DNA from: Candidatus Latescibacterota bacterium
GTDB taxonomy: Bacteria > Latescibacterota > UBA2968
Length of the DNA stretch: 64,000 nucleotides
NCBI GenBank assembly: GCA_965207885.1
Contig: OZ242311.1
Location: 4,384,001-4,448,000 of the forward strand
Direction of reading: 5' to 3'
Position numbers and translations under genes: made by a program. The notes beneath the pieces were generated by a model. It was not told the origin of the DNA and made no database searches. It saw only the letters and a list, made by a program, of their open reading frames with translations. Of the stretch, positions 47,799 to 58,543 are shown piece by piece (positions within the stretch are counted from its first letter, which is position 1; every line of letters begins with the position of its first letter).

Positions 47799-49505
47799 AT
47801 GAACATCCCCAAACACGATGTGCTCTTAGTAGGTGGAGGGGGTGCAGGCCTGCGTGCTGCAATCGCCGCATCTGAAACATATCAAGGCGCAGATATTGGC
47901 GTAGTCTCCAAAGTCTATCCCATGCGAAGTCACACCGTTTCTGCCGAAGGTGGCACGGCTGCGGTCCTGCGAGAAGACGACAATCTGGATTTGCATGCTT
48001 ATGACACCATCAAAGGCAGCGACTACCTCGGCGATCAGGATGTGGTAGAAGCCTTTGTCAAAGAAGCCGTTGATGAAGTCATCCAATTAGAACACTGGGG
48101 GTGCCCCTGGAGCCGCGACGAAGACGGTCGCGTAAGCGTTCGCGCATTTGGTGGCATGAGTGTTAAACGCACGCTCTATGCCGCCGACAAAACCGGCTTC
48201 CACATGCTGCACGCCCTCTTTCAAACCTCTCTCAAATACGATGCCATTACCCGATACGACGAATGGTTTGTCACCTCTTTACTCGTCGAAGATGGCAGGG
48301 TATGCGGCGTCACGGCTCTCAACATCCGATCCGGCAACATTCACGCCATTGGCGCAAAATCCGTTATTATATGCACGGGTGGCGCGGGCAAAATTTTTCC
48401 ATTTACCACCAATGCCGCCATCAAAAACGGCGACGGAATGGCTCTGGCCTACCGCATTGGCTGTCCTCTAAAAGACCTCGAATTTGTACAATATCACCCC
48501 ACGGGCTTGCCCGGCACGGGAATCTTAATGACCGAAGCCTCGCGCGGCGAAGGCGGCCACCTCGTCAACAGCCAGGGCGAACGCTACCTCAGTGAATATG
48601 TACCCGGCAAAATGGAACTCGGTCCGCGCGACATCTTATCTCGCTCCTTTATTCACGAACAGCACAAGGGCAACGTCTTTGAAGGTCCCGATGGCAGCTA
48701 TGTACACCTCGACCTTCGGCACTTGGGTGAAAAAATCATTGACGAAAGACTGCCCTTCGTACGCGAACTCACCCGCAATTACGTCGGCATTGATCCGGTC
48801 CACGAACCCATTCCCGTGCGTCCGGTCGTCCACTACTGCATGGGCGGTGTGCATACCGACATCGATGGCGCAACACCCATCCCCGGTCTTTATGCCGCAG
48901 GCGAAGCGGCTTGTGTCAGCCTCAATGGAGCCAATCGCCTGGGATCCAACTCACTGAGCGAATGCCTCGTCTTTGGCGCACGCGCAGGCCAGGTAGCCGC
49001 GCAACACGCCACCGACACCGACTTTGCAGATTCGGCCTCAATGGCCAAAATGGCGCAAGACGAACAAAAACGCATTGAAACCCAATTCTTTGGCGACAAC
49101 GGCAAAGAGCGCGTGGCCAATATCCGCGATGACCTCCGCAAAACCATGGAAGAAGGCGCGGGCATCTTCCGAACCGAAGACGCGCTCCAAACCACATGTG
49201 ACACCATTCGCACCCTCAAAGAACGCTATGAAAATATCGGCATAGACGACCACTCGCGCGTCTTCAATACCGAACTCGTCAACGCCCTCGAACTGGGTTA
49301 CATGCTCGACGTCGCCGAAGGGCTCGCACATTCAGCCCTCTTGCGACGCGAATCTCGAGGCTCTCACGCGCGATCAGACTATGAAGAGCGCGACGACGAA
49401 AACTTCCTCAAACACTCTCTGGCTTATCAAACCGAGGGCGACCCCCGCATCGAGTACCTGCCCGTAACACTCACGCGCTGGGAACCCGAAGAACGAACCT
49501 ATTAA
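47799..49505 (+). CDS. frdA: Fumarate reductase/succinate dehydrogenase flavoprotein
   Basis: [16 protein letters not shown] (covalent FAD His), [30 protein letters not shown]. Confidence 0.93.
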   Translation: MNIPKHDVLLVGGGGAGLRAAIAASETYQGADIGVVSKVYPMRSHTVSAEGGTAAVLREDDNLDLHAYDTIKGSDYLGDQDVVEAFVKEAVDEVIQLEHWGCPWSRDEDGRVSVRAFGGMSVKRTLYAADKTGFHMLHALFQTSLKYDAITRYDEWFVTSLLVEDGRVCGVTALNIRSGNIHAIGAKSVIICTGGAGKIFPFTTNAAIKNGDGMALAYRIGCPLKDLEFVQYHPTGLPGTGILMTEASRGEGGHLVNSQGERYLSEYVPGKMELGPRDILSRSFIHEQHKGNVFEGPDGSYVHLDLRHLGEKIIDERLPFVRELTRNYVGIDPVHEPIPVRPVVHYCMGGVHTDIDGATPIPGLYAAGEAACVSLNGANRLGSNSLSECLVFGARAGQVAAQHATDTDFADSASMAKMAQDEQKRIETQFFGDNGKERVANIRDDLRKTMEEGAGIFRTEDALQTTCDTIRTLKERYENIGIDDHSRVFNTELVNALELGYMLDVAEGLAHSALLRRESRGSHARSDYEERDDENFLKHSLAYQTEGDPRIEYLPVTLTRWEPEERTY

Positions 49506-49515
49506 AGGAAAATTT

Positions 49516-50268
49516 ATGAGCGATCTCAGAACCATAAAAATCACGGTATTGCGCTATCGTCCCGAAGAAGAGGACGAGCCAACCGAACAGACTTACGAAG
49601 TTGAATTTCGCGACGACTGGGTCGTTCTCGACGCGCTCAACCACATCAAAGACCACATCGACGGCACGCTTTCATTCCGCTGGTCTTGTCGGATGGGCGT
49701 ATGCGGCAGTTGCGGCATGATGGTCAATGGCGAACCCAAACTCACCTGTGCCGCGATGTTGCGCGACTATTATCCCAACGAAGTGCGCGTGGACCCCCTG
49801 GTCAACTTCCCCATTGTGCGCGATCTCGTCACTGACATGACCGACTTTATGGACAAACTCAAAGCGGTCAAACCCTGGATCATTCGAGAAGAAGAAAAAC
49901 CCGTATCCGAAGGAGAATATCTCCAGACACCGGATCAGCTCAAAGATTACAAGCAATTCAGCCAGTGCATCAACTGCATGCTCTGTTACGCGGCCTGTCC
50001 AGTCTATGGCCTCGAACACGACTTCGTCGGTCCGGCCGCAATTGCCCTGGGCCACCGCTACAACCTCGATTCCCGAGATGAAGGCAATCAACAGCGTCAA
50101 CACGTCATTGCCAGCAAAGAAGGCATCTGGGAATGCACGTATATCGGTGAATGCTCCGTCGTTTGTCCCAAACACGTCGATCCCGCAGAAGCCATTCAAC
50201 AGACCAAAGTGGCAACCACAACCAACCGCGTCAAATCGCTTGTCATGCCCTGGGGAAAGAAAACATGA
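49516..50268 (+). CDS. frdB: Fumarate reductase iron-sulfur subunit
   Basis: [10 protein letters not shown] (2Fe-2S), [24 protein letters not shown]. Confidence 0.93.
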   Translation: MSDLRTIKITVLRYRPEEEDEPTEQTYEVEFRDDWVVLDALNHIKDHIDGTLSFRWSCRMGVCGSCGMMVNGEPKLTCAAMLRDYYPNEVRVDPLVNFPIVRDLVTDMTDFMDKLKAVKPWIIREEEKPVSEGEYLQTPDQLKDYKQFSQCINCMLCYAACPVYGLEHDFVGPAAIALGHRYNLDSRDEGNQQRQHVIASKEGIWECTYIGECSVVCPKHVDPAEAIQQTKVATTTNRVKSLVMPWGKKT

Positions 50269-50699
50269 TGCTCGACTCCGAAACGACCAAAACCTATACG
50301 CGCCCCATATCCAAAGCCTGGTGGCTACGCGACCGCGGACATTTTAATCGCAGATATTTCATGTTCTTGCTTCGCGAACTCACAAGCGTATTCGTCGCCC
50401 TGTACGTCGTGCTCTTTATCTACGAAATTTTTCTCCTGACAAAAGGGCCAGACGCACACGCAGCCTTCCGCGAATCCCTGAGTTCAGGTCCCTGGATCGC
50501 ATTTCACGTCATCGCCCTGCTCTTCGCCCTGTACCACAGCTGGACCTGGTTGGGGCTAACGACCAAAATGCAAGCAGCTGGACGTGGCCTCGTCAAAATT
50601 GGCACAAAGACCCTGCCACCCATCTTTATTGCACTGGGGTCTTACGGCGCCTGGATAGTTGCAACAATCGTCATCGCCTACCTATTCCTAACTCTATAG
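50265..50699 (+). CDS. frdC: Fumarate reductase membrane anchor C
   Basis: Y.RP....WW...Y...LRE.T, LYH..TW, 3 TM segments. Confidence 0.85.
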   Translation: MMLDSETTKTYTRPISKAWWLRDRGHFNRRYFMFLLRELTSVFVALYVVLFIYEIFLLTKGPDAHAAFRESLSSGPWIAFHVIALLFALYHSWTWLGLTTKMQAAGRGLVKIGTKTLPPIFIALGSYGAWIVATIVIAYLFLTL

Positions 50700-50714
50700 A
50701 CCGAGGATATCGCC

Positions 50715-51077
50715 GTGAATTACAAAGAACACAAAAGCGAACCCTTCTGGTGGGGCATGTTCTCGCAAGGCGGTGTTATTGCCGCACTCCTCATACCCAT
50801 CCACATTTTCCTAGGCGGCATCGCCGTACATTTGGGACTTATAGACGCCGACCTCATGTCACATGAACGTCTGACCGGACTGCTCCAAAATCCGTTAGTC
50901 AAACTCTATCTCTGTGTCCTGCTCATCTTCCCCCTCTACCACGCGGCTCACCGAATCCGCTTCACCCTCGCTGAAATCGGATTGCACAGTCTCGCCAAAG
51001 TCCTGCCCTTTCTCTGTTATGGCGGCGCATTGGTAGGCACAGTGGTAGTCCTCTACATCTTGTGGGTATTGCTCTAA
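50715..51077 (+). CDS. frdD: Fumarate reductase membrane anchor D
   Basis: S.EP.WWG.F..GG, H..HR, CYG, 3 TM segments. Confidence 0.85.
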   Translation: MNYKEHKSEPFWWGMFSQGGVIAALLIPIHIFLGGIAVHLGLIDADLMSHERLTGLLQNPLVKLYLCVLLIFPLYHAAHRIRFTLAEIGLHSLAKVLPFLCYGGALVGTVVVLYILWVLL

Positions 51078-51091
51078 GCCATCTCAACAAA

Positions 51092-51141
51092 AAAACAAAA
51101 GCTCGGATGATTCTGAAGAAGTTCATCCGAGCTTTTGTTTT
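51092..51141. terminator. Bidirectional intrinsic terminator between convergent genes
   Basis: AAAACAAAAGCTCGGATGA...TCATCCGAGCTTTTGTTTT inverted repeat. Confidence 0.85.
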
Positions 51142-51159
51142 GCGACAAAAAACCAATTT

Positions 51160-52233
51160 CTATTTTGTCTTCTTTATCCTTCTAACCTTCCTGACCTTTC
51201 TAATGATCCCACCTTGCTCATCACAATCTAATAGAGACTCCAACCGCCCCGCAACGCGCTCTCCCATCTCGATCATCCCGTGATCCCCTGGATGAATCAG
51301 ATCCACCGTCAACCCACCGATATTGCTCAACATTTCTGTTCCCTCAATCAAATGTGCATTTTCGTGGGGACAACCATCCACCGCATCTCGCAACGCTTGC
51401 CTGAAAGCCGCCGTCCTTTCGCGTTCTTCGGCATCGCCACAAAATTCTCTAAAATGCGGATAAATCGTAATACACCCCACGGGCCGGTCGGGATTTGCAC
51501 CTGCAACCGCATTTACCATATACGTCACGCGCTCGGAAAATTCCGACAGAGAAAATCCCGCACCCATCATATTGACCGACAAAGCCAGCGTCGCCACATC
51601 CCAATCGTCGCGCGCGGCAATATAATCTGCCAATTCGCGTTCGCAATAAGCCGATCCCCCCACGCCCAAATTGATCAAATCCGCTCCCAAACGCCACGCC
51701 ACCTGACTCACATAGGTCAAATGCATCGCCGTAGCCGACGCGCCGTGTGTAATCGACGTGCCATAGCTCAAATACCGCCGCTTTGGCAATTCGTCAGCCG
51801 TGGGCGGGCGAAGCCCGTCGCCCTCGATACTGTGATAGTGCAAACTGGTATTTCTCAGGATCAACCGCCATACATTGTGCGAAAAAGGCAAATCCCTCAC
51901 CGCTTCAGATTCAATCGTCTTTAATCTTGCAGGATAAGTCAATTCCAGCGTCCTTGGCTCTTTCCCAATTTGAAAACGCTCTTTCTCTTGAAAAGGGCCA
52001 AAAAACGGAATCACTTCAGCCGATCCGCCCGGGCTGGACAGCGTCACATTGACCTTATTGCCCGCGCTCACAAAACGGATCTCCGACCCCGCCGGACTCA
52101 ACATGCGTTCCTGGGCACCCGCATTCAAACACAACCGCACATCTTCGGGCACACGCTGTACCCGAAGTCCATCTCTCCCCTCAACTTCTCGCAATTCAGC
52201 TACATTGTGAAATTCGACATTGTCGTGAATCAT
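51160..52233 (-). CDS. SGNH/GDSL hydrolase (esterase) family
   Basis: YGTSITHG block I, NLG.GG, SVN, D.IHP block V. Confidence 0.85.
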   Translation of the reverse strand: MIHDNVEFHNVAELREVEGRDGLRVQRVPEDVRLCLNAGAQERMLSPAGSEIRFVSAGNKVNVTLSSPGGSAEVIPFFGPFQEKERFQIGKEPRTLELTYPARLKTIESEAVRDLPFSHNVWRLILRNTSLHYHSIEGDGLRPPTADELPKRRYLSYGTSITHGASATAMHLTYVSQVAWRLGADLINLGVGGSAYCERELADYIAARDDWDVATLALSVNMMGAGFSLSEFSERVTYMVNAVAGANPDRPVGCITIYPHFREFCGDAEERERTAAFRQALRDAVDGCPHENAHLIEGTEMLSNIGGLTVDLIHPGDHGMIEMGERVAGRLESLLDCDEQGGIIRKVRKVRRIKKTK

Positions 52234-52260
52234 AAAAAAACTCCTGTTTTGCGTTAAGAT

Positions 52261-53796
52261 TTACTCTGCCTGAGGGACCAGAACGGCTCCATCGGCTGTT
52301 GTGGCCCGGAAAGCAAACGCCCAGCCGCCGTGATTGGAGCCCCGGTCGTTACTGAGCTTGAGCACGATGGAATTGGCACCTGCCCGAAGCGTCACCGGAA
52401 TGCTCTGGGCTCGAAAGGCGTAGTGGTGACCCAGATCGAAAACCTCATCATTTACGCGCAGAATCAAAGCGTCATCCCAGGCCACACGCAGATTTGCCGT
52501 CATATCTGCAGGTGCATGTAAGACGCAGCGGGCAAGCGCTGCGCCCACATCGGTATTGCCCACACCCGGACCCCAGGGCCGAAACACATGGTTAAAATCG
52601 ACAAAGCCGTGGTGAGCGGCGCGTTTGACCCAACGCGCTACGTCCCGTCCCCGTTGTCGTGAGCCAGCGGTCAACCAGGCCGACTCTTCACCGTGCAAAC
52701 CATCAAACGTCGGTTCTATCTGAAAGGCCGTCTCCGGGGGCAAGGCCGTTTCCATCGCTTGACCATTGTGATTGGCGAAAGGGCCGCATAGCCACCATTC
52801 GCCGCTGGCTGGCAGCGGCAGATCATGGGTCCCGCGCGGCAGTTCGACACCGGGCAGCAGCTGCGACCAATCGGGCATAGCGAAGAACGGTCGCACGGCG
52901 TCCTCCTGGTACCAATAGACGGTAGAGCAGATATCGTTTGCCATACAGCCGAAGCGCATGTGAATCGATTGCTGGAAGGGAAGAGAGTCCTTTTCGAAGA
53001 AGCGGTAGCCCACCAACCGTTGCGCCGGGCGCGCCTGTCCCACATCCTCATGCACATAGTAAGGCATTGCGGCGTAGTGATGGGTTTCGGGTGGATGCAA
53101 GGCTCCCCCGTAGCCAGCCCCAAAGGTATCCTCACCCCCAATACCGCGCAAAAAGGCCGGGTGTTCGCCCTCTCCATCGATGTAGATATTTTCAGCCCCG
53201 CCGTGGCTCCAGCGATCGACATCATCGAGCAACCGCACGCCGTACACAAAGCCCAACAACTCTCCTGGCCCGTCGGCATCCAGCATCAGAAAGTCTTCAC
53301 CGTAGCGCTGGGTCGGCATTTCTCGCCGCCAACGGGCGCAGAAACGTCGCCTCTCACTCAGAGTCTGATTGGGGTAACGGTGCCAATCCACCTGCAGGTA
53401 GGCGCGGTTCTCTTCGGGTCCGGCTTCAAACTCAACCCGTGCGGATCGGGCGAAGGGCATCTGGAAGTAGCAGTTGTAGCCAATCCAGGCCTTGACCGAT
53501 AGGAAGTGGGTATCTATCGGATACCAGCCCTGGCCATGCATAACCCCAAAAAAGTCACCGACGGGCGCCTCAACATAGGGGATCGGCTCATCATCAAAAT
53601 AGATGCGGATAAGCACTTTGCGGCTGGTCATGGGTATGCGCTCTGGCCATGACAGTACGACCCAAAGGTGCTGAATACAGCCTGGCCCATCGAGTTCGGC
53701 ATAGACGGCTTTTTGGTTGGCCGGCAAAGGTCCGGTCATACTGACGCGATCGGGGATACCAACTTCAGGGAGTTGTAAATCCATCACAGACTCCAT
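52261..53796 (-). CDS. DUF2961 / GH172-like glycoside hydrolase
   Basis: GPG.I.H.W, P.VE.P.GDFFG, N.YF.MPF, YIDGE, G.G.ED.F, YRF, S..YWYQ; start GTG/ATG uncertain (53796 or 53784). Confidence 0.8.
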   Translation of the reverse strand: MESVMDLQLPEVGIPDRVSMTGPLPANQKAVYAELDGPGCIQHLWVVLSWPERIPMTSRKVLIRIYFDDEPIPYVEAPVGDFFGVMHGQGWYPIDTHFLSVKAWIGYNCYFQMPFARSARVEFEAGPEENRAYLQVDWHRYPNQTLSERRRFCARWRREMPTQRYGEDFLMLDADGPGELLGFVYGVRLLDDVDRWSHGGAENIYIDGEGEHPAFLRGIGGEDTFGAGYGGALHPPETHHYAAMPYYVHEDVGQARPAQRLVGYRFFEKDSLPFQQSIHMRFGCMANDICSTVYWYQEDAVRPFFAMPDWSQLLPGVELPRGTHDLPLPASGEWWLCGPFANHNGQAMETALPPETAFQIEPTFDGLHGEESAWLTAGSRQRGRDVARWVKRAAHHGFVDFNHVFRPWGPGVGNTDVGAALARCVLHAPADMTANLRVAWDDALILRVNDEVFDLGHHYAFRAQSIPVTLRAGANSIVLKLSNDRGSNHGGWAFAFRATTADGAVLVPQAE

Positions 53797-53805
53797 TCTT
53801 GTTTA

Positions 53806-55806
53806 TCACTTTCGCACCCATGCCTCACCCGAAGATAGATCTCGCCCAAGCGTCCAGGTCTTCTCAAAAGCCTCAACAGTCAATTCAACGCGGTCATCCC
53901 CAGCGCGTAATACATCGGGCAATTCGGCTACAACGCCAGGAACATCTGTCCTGCGATAGGGCACAACCACAGTCAAAAACGCTGTCGGTGACTGCTGGTT
54001 CAGCGCAAAACGAAATGCTTTGCGCGGCACACGCGAACCATAAGTCCATGCAAACCATCCCTCTTCTTCCGCCATAGATACCGCGCAATTTGCACCAGCC
54101 TGCACCAGCACATTTGCATCGTCAAATTGCGTAAAAGCACGCCTTCCCGCCTCGTCAAACACCACATCGCCCGGTGCAAATTGGAAATGCAAATCCAGTT
54201 GACCGGGAACATCGCCAATCGCCTCGTCCAAAAACGCGAAAAATTGTCGATTGACAAACCACACCGAACGGCGGTGAACCAATCCCGGATACGACCCATT
54301 CTCCACGACCAGCACATCGCTATCCGCCCCTTCTGACACCCACAACAAATGCCGCCCATCATCGGACGTATCCCCACCGTCCAATGTCAGAGTCTGATGC
54401 ACTGTCGTCTGCCGGTGCCACGCGCGGCCTTCTGCATCGTGACCATAAGTATAAAAACCCGTATCAGACATCAACCAGCGCCCATAAGCGTACAATTCAA
54501 ACGTCCCATTATCCGGTTGATCGTGACTCGAAATAGCGGGCGGCGAACAATGCAGCGCCATGTGAATCTGATCGGGTCCCCAATCATCGCGCATCACATA
54601 CAAACCAGCCTCTTGAAATGCACGACTCTTTTGCTCGGGCAAAAATTCCCGATCCAGAGTCGCCCGCGCAGCGTATTTGGGATCGCCCAGCAATTCTGTA
54701 GCTTCGACAAGTGAGTCATAAAGTCCCCACTTTGAGCGATCATCCGTCTCATGCAACGCACGCGATCCATCCCCAAACATCGGCGGACCCAGATCGGGCG
54801 ATGCAATCCAGAAAATATAGTCGTGCATCAACCGCACGCGCTCTCGAAACGCCTCTGAAATCTCAATACCGAAGGTATCCATGCGTCCAAAAATTTCCAC
54901 AGCATCCCCCAACACCCCCACATGATACCCAAAAGACCACTCCCGCTGAACGCCATCTGTTGTTGTCTGCGCCAGAAAATTCTCTTCAACCCGCTCCAGT
55001 GCCAATTCCATCCATTCACGCGATTCCGCAAACTCGCGGAACGTATAGGCAATATTGATAAATCCCCGCTGTTCAAACACGGCCTTATTGTGAATCACTC
55101 CCATCGGAATCAGCTTTGTCTTAACCTGATGATCGTACAGACTTGCCAGCAACAGACCGAGGAACTCGGGCGTAAATGCCTCGGCATGAACCAAACTGCG
55201 AAATGCCGAACAGATATTCGTGGCTCGAATACCCGTCTGAATATCCAGCCAGACAAATCCCTTCCAGTGCGTATAAACGGAATGGGTTTTGGTGTGATTT
55301 TCCAGCGGATGTTTTGAAATCCAATCGGTCGTCATCTCCACAAATGTCTGGGCGTATTTCTCATCGCGCGTTGCAGCATAAGCCTGTGCGAGCGGTGCAG
55401 CCCAATAAAAACGGTACACAGCCGCGACCCATTCAATATCGCCGCGGGGATCCCATTCCCAGTCAAAATCATCGCCATAATGCGCCTCTTCATAAGGTCC
55501 CCATTGAATAATGCCCTGACAAATATTATCGGCTGTTTCAAAAGTACCTTCAGGTACTGCACCCACAAAATCGTCTTCCCCAGACGCTTCATCCAGCGGA
55601 TATTTCGCCCGATAATAATCGCGCAAAGCTGCAAGTGTGCCACTTCGATTCCCAGCATCCGCAGCCCGTTCTGCCGCCTCCAAACCCGTCAGATCTAATT
55701 TTTCCAAAATTCGTCCAGGATCAAACGACTCCAAAGGCATCTCGTGATCAATTTGATCCGCGCCTGCTGGATACTCCACTACTGAACTCATAGCCATGCC
55801 TCCCAA
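53806..55806 (-). CDS. Heparinase II/III family polysaccharide lyase-like protein
   Basis: N-terminal alpha-toroid (W...P, NK/NH, DG...E.S..YH), H...D...F...G...D.G..Y, T..H.T, H.R motifs; start among ATGs at 55806/55797/55791. Confidence 0.8.
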   Translation of the reverse strand: MGGMAMSSVVEYPAGADQIDHEMPLESFDPGRILEKLDLTGLEAAERAADAGNRSGTLAALRDYYRAKYPLDEASGEDDFVGAVPEGTFETADNICQGIIQWGPYEEAHYGDDFDWEWDPRGDIEWVAAVYRFYWAAPLAQAYAATRDEKYAQTFVEMTTDWISKHPLENHTKTHSVYTHWKGFVWLDIQTGIRATNICSAFRSLVHAEAFTPEFLGLLLASLYDHQVKTKLIPMGVIHNKAVFEQRGFINIAYTFREFAESREWMELALERVEENFLAQTTTDGVQREWSFGYHVGVLGDAVEIFGRMDTFGIEISEAFRERVRLMHDYIFWIASPDLGPPMFGDGSRALHETDDRSKWGLYDSLVEATELLGDPKYAARATLDREFLPEQKSRAFQEAGLYVMRDDWGPDQIHMALHCSPPAISSHDQPDNGTFELYAYGRWLMSDTGFYTYGHDAEGRAWHRQTTVHQTLTLDGGDTSDDGRHLLWVSEGADSDVLVVENGSYPGLVHRRSVWFVNRQFFAFLDEAIGDVPGQLDLHFQFAPGDVVFDEAGRRAFTQFDDANVLVQAGANCAVSMAEEEGWFAWTYGSRVPRKAFRFALNQQSPTAFLTVVVPYRRTDVPGVVAELPDVLRAGDDRVELTVEAFEKTWTLGRDLSSGEAWVRK

Positions 55807-55845
55807 TTACTTCACATTTTAATAGTCCACACAGGACTCGCCATC

Positions 55846-57906
55846 TTATTTTTCACTTCTAAACGCATGTGCTGGAACGGTGTTATTCAGTATCAACTTT
55901 ATCACCACACTTTGAAGGGGTTGCAATTTCATCGACACACCTTCATCCGTCAACGCGATGCGACCAGAATCCGATCCATCAAAAAATTGGTATGTATCGT
56001 ACGCGGGAACCCGGTCTATACGCAATAGCGAAACATCTGGCAAAAGATGAATTGGACAGACAACCTCTCTAAAAAAACGCGCATCCAGATTATGCGCCAC
56101 CAACAATCCCGAATGCCGGGTATAGCGCGTATAGGCAAAAACGCGGTCTTCAGAGTCGGTATTGCGGTAAAAATAAACATGCCCGGTTTGCAACTCAGGC
56201 CGCTGGCTCACAAACTCGTGCAAAGCCTCATAAGCAGCAACAAGCTGTGAATGGGGTTCTCTATCGGCCCACTCTGGATGCAACAATGTAGATGCCTCAA
56301 AATCAGTACGCGTCTCCTCGCCCCATTCTGAACCCCACTCCAAAGCATACGCCAAATTCACATAATGTGCCGTACCCGCCGTCGCATTGATAAGCGAACA
56401 CTGGATATTGCGCAGCAGTGCCAGCATCCGGGACTGATAGCGATCCCGCCAGATCTTTGTCGCGCGCGGGCTATCGTGATTCTCAAAATAAGCCATCGCC
56501 ACAGTGCGAGGTGCAAACGCGCCAGAAGTGCGCTCTAAAAAATCGGCATACTGATTTCCGTATTCCGCATCCCGATGAAAATCCACCAGCAATGCGTAAA
56601 TCATATCCACCGGAATATCCACTGCCTCACCTAACTCGCATAGCGTTTCGCCCAAAACGAGCGCATCGGGTTTAACCGCATTGATGCGGTTTTTAATCTG
56701 CTTCAAAAATGGCCGATCCACAGTCTGGCTCGCGTCAATACGCACCCCATCCAGATCACAAGTACGCATCCAAAAAGGCGCGATTCCCGACAGATAATTT
56801 TGCAAGGGCCTGTTAAAAGGCAAGTCGAGCAACGCCACATCCGAATAAACCAGCCATGCAATCTGATGAATTTTGGGCTGCCCGTGCTCATCCATCACAT
56901 ACCAATCGGGATATTGTTCAATCAACGGACAATCGCGACTGGTTTGCATCAACACCAGATCGAAAATCACCTGCTTGCCCAGCGCGTGTGCCCGCCGTGT
57001 TAGCGCGCGCAATTCCGCACGCCCAATCAACTGTATCAGCGTATCGCGCCCGACCCAATCAACCAATTCTTTGAATGTGCGAAAATTGTTAAAATCATCG
57101 ACCTTGCGCAATCTCGACAATTGTCGTTCGTGCAATAAAGTCTGCAAATCCAAGTCGGTAATCAACCCATCCGACACCAGCGCGAGAAAATCCACCTCTT
57201 CTGGCGGCGTGACCAGAGCGGGATCAATCCGATAAAAATCCCGCACGGCATAAACACTGCCCAGCGCGCCTTTGCGCACATCCTGTCCCGTATGTAAATC
57301 GCCAAATCCAGGTTCAAAAAAAGGGAGCAAATACACCACATCTGTCTGCATCTCTCCAAGGCGCGATGTCACATCGCAAAATGTACCACTCACAAATTGC
57401 CCATCTGCATCCAGACGCGCGCCAACTTTTCGCACACAGACTTCGGTAATTGAAAGACAACGGCGAACCCGTTCTGGGCTGATCGCGATTACCCCATCTC
57501 GATTCAGTGCAATATCATTGACCGATATCCACGCCTTTGAAGCATCTGACACTGCCTTATCATCAGCCGAAAACTCGACCGTATAGTGAAAAACACCCGT
57601 CTGATCGATCTGTATCACATCCGATTCGAAAATCAGATTATTCCCCGAAAGAACGGGTTGCCTTGATCTATCTACAACGATATGCATAGAAACGTAAAAG
57701 CCTGTACCTGTGCGAAACTCCCCCCGCTCATCTACAAAGCCGCGATCATTCACATCGGTCCACAAACGCGCTTCCACATCGCCTGTGCGACAGGTGGCAA
57801 AATCGATATCCGCAACAAATAACTCAGCTCGAACACGCGCTTCTACCGCACTATCAGGCATCAAAAATGCCCGAGCCATCACTGCATCATATCGAATGCC
57901 ATCCAC
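55846..57906 (-). CDS. Alpha-amylase (GH13)-like glycoside hydrolase
   Basis: VYLLPF, GSVYAVRD, FDLV, GVRIDA (nucleophile), LGET (acid/base), ENHD. Confidence 0.8.
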   Translation of the reverse strand: MDGIRYDAVMARAFLMPDSAVEARVRAELFVADIDFATCRTGDVEARLWTDVNDRGFVDERGEFRTGTGFYVSMHIVVDRSRQPVLSGNNLIFESDVIQIDQTGVFHYTVEFSADDKAVSDASKAWISVNDIALNRDGVIAISPERVRRCLSITEVCVRKVGARLDADGQFVSGTFCDVTSRLGEMQTDVVYLLPFFEPGFGDLHTGQDVRKGALGSVYAVRDFYRIDPALVTPPEEVDFLALVSDGLITDLDLQTLLHERQLSRLRKVDDFNNFRTFKELVDWVGRDTLIQLIGRAELRALTRRAHALGKQVIFDLVLMQTSRDCPLIEQYPDWYVMDEHGQPKIHQIAWLVYSDVALLDLPFNRPLQNYLSGIAPFWMRTCDLDGVRIDASQTVDRPFLKQIKNRINAVKPDALVLGETLCELGEAVDIPVDMIYALLVDFHRDAEYGNQYADFLERTSGAFAPRTVAMAYFENHDSPRATKIWRDRYQSRMLALLRNIQCSLINATAGTAHYVNLAYALEWGSEWGEETRTDFEASTLLHPEWADREPHSQLVAAYEALHEFVSQRPELQTGHVYFYRNTDSEDRVFAYTRYTRHSGLLVAHNLDARFFREVVCPIHLLPDVSLLRIDRVPAYDTYQFFDGSDSGRIALTDEGVSMKLQPLQSVVIKLILNNTVPAHAFRSEK

Positions 57907-58179
57907 TCAACCGTCAGATTACCGGCCCAGACATCCGCATTGTCATACGCCTGCACAGCATATCGCTCGTGCAATTTGTATTTAAATTCCAAACGCTTAT
58001 CCACATACTCTCCCCGTAAAATGTACTCCAGACAATATACGAAAATTTATGGGAAAATCTCAATAAACGCACTGATATGTAATACACATTTAACAGATAA
58101 GAAACGGTAAAGAAATATACACCTAATATATTCAACCGTCAGTTTACGCCACCCCAACTATCTCAGGGAGGAATTCAGT

Positions 58180-58518
58180 ATGAAACTCATCACAGCAGTC
58201 ATCCAGCCCCACAAGCTGGACGATGTGCGCGCAGCACTCGGCGACATCGGCATCCAGGGCATGACCGTCACCGAAGCGCGTGGCTTTGGACGCCAAAGAG
58301 GACACCGAGAAGTCTATCGCGGTGCTGAATACATCGTCGATTTTCTGCCCAAAGCCAAGCTGGAGATCGCCGTCAATGACGATGAAGCTGACCGCGCTAT
58401 TGATGCGATAGAGCATGCAGCCAAAACCGGCAATGTAGGCGATGGAAAGATATTCGTTGCGGATTTGGGACAAGCAGTTCGCATTCGAACGGGCGAAACC
58501 GGGCCCGATGCGCTATAA
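58180..58518 (+). CDS. glnK: P-II nitrogen regulator, copy 1
   Basis: GFGRQRG..EVYRGAEY T-loop with Tyr51, TG..GDGKIFV, RIRTGE; upstream of amt. Confidence 0.96.
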   Translation: MKLITAVIQPHKLDDVRAALGDIGIQGMTVTEARGFGRQRGHREVYRGAEYIVDFLPKAKLEIAVNDDEADRAIDAIEHAAKTGNVGDGKIFVADLGQAVRIRTGETGPDAL

Positions 58519-58543
58519 CACAATCATATCTCAGGAGAATACA

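Noticed and set aside
51165-51205. 9-bp quasi-repeat encoding the RKVRKVRRIKK tail of the SGNH hydrolase
   Set aside because: Short and degenerate; may be read-through into intergenic low-complexity DNA, with no support for function.
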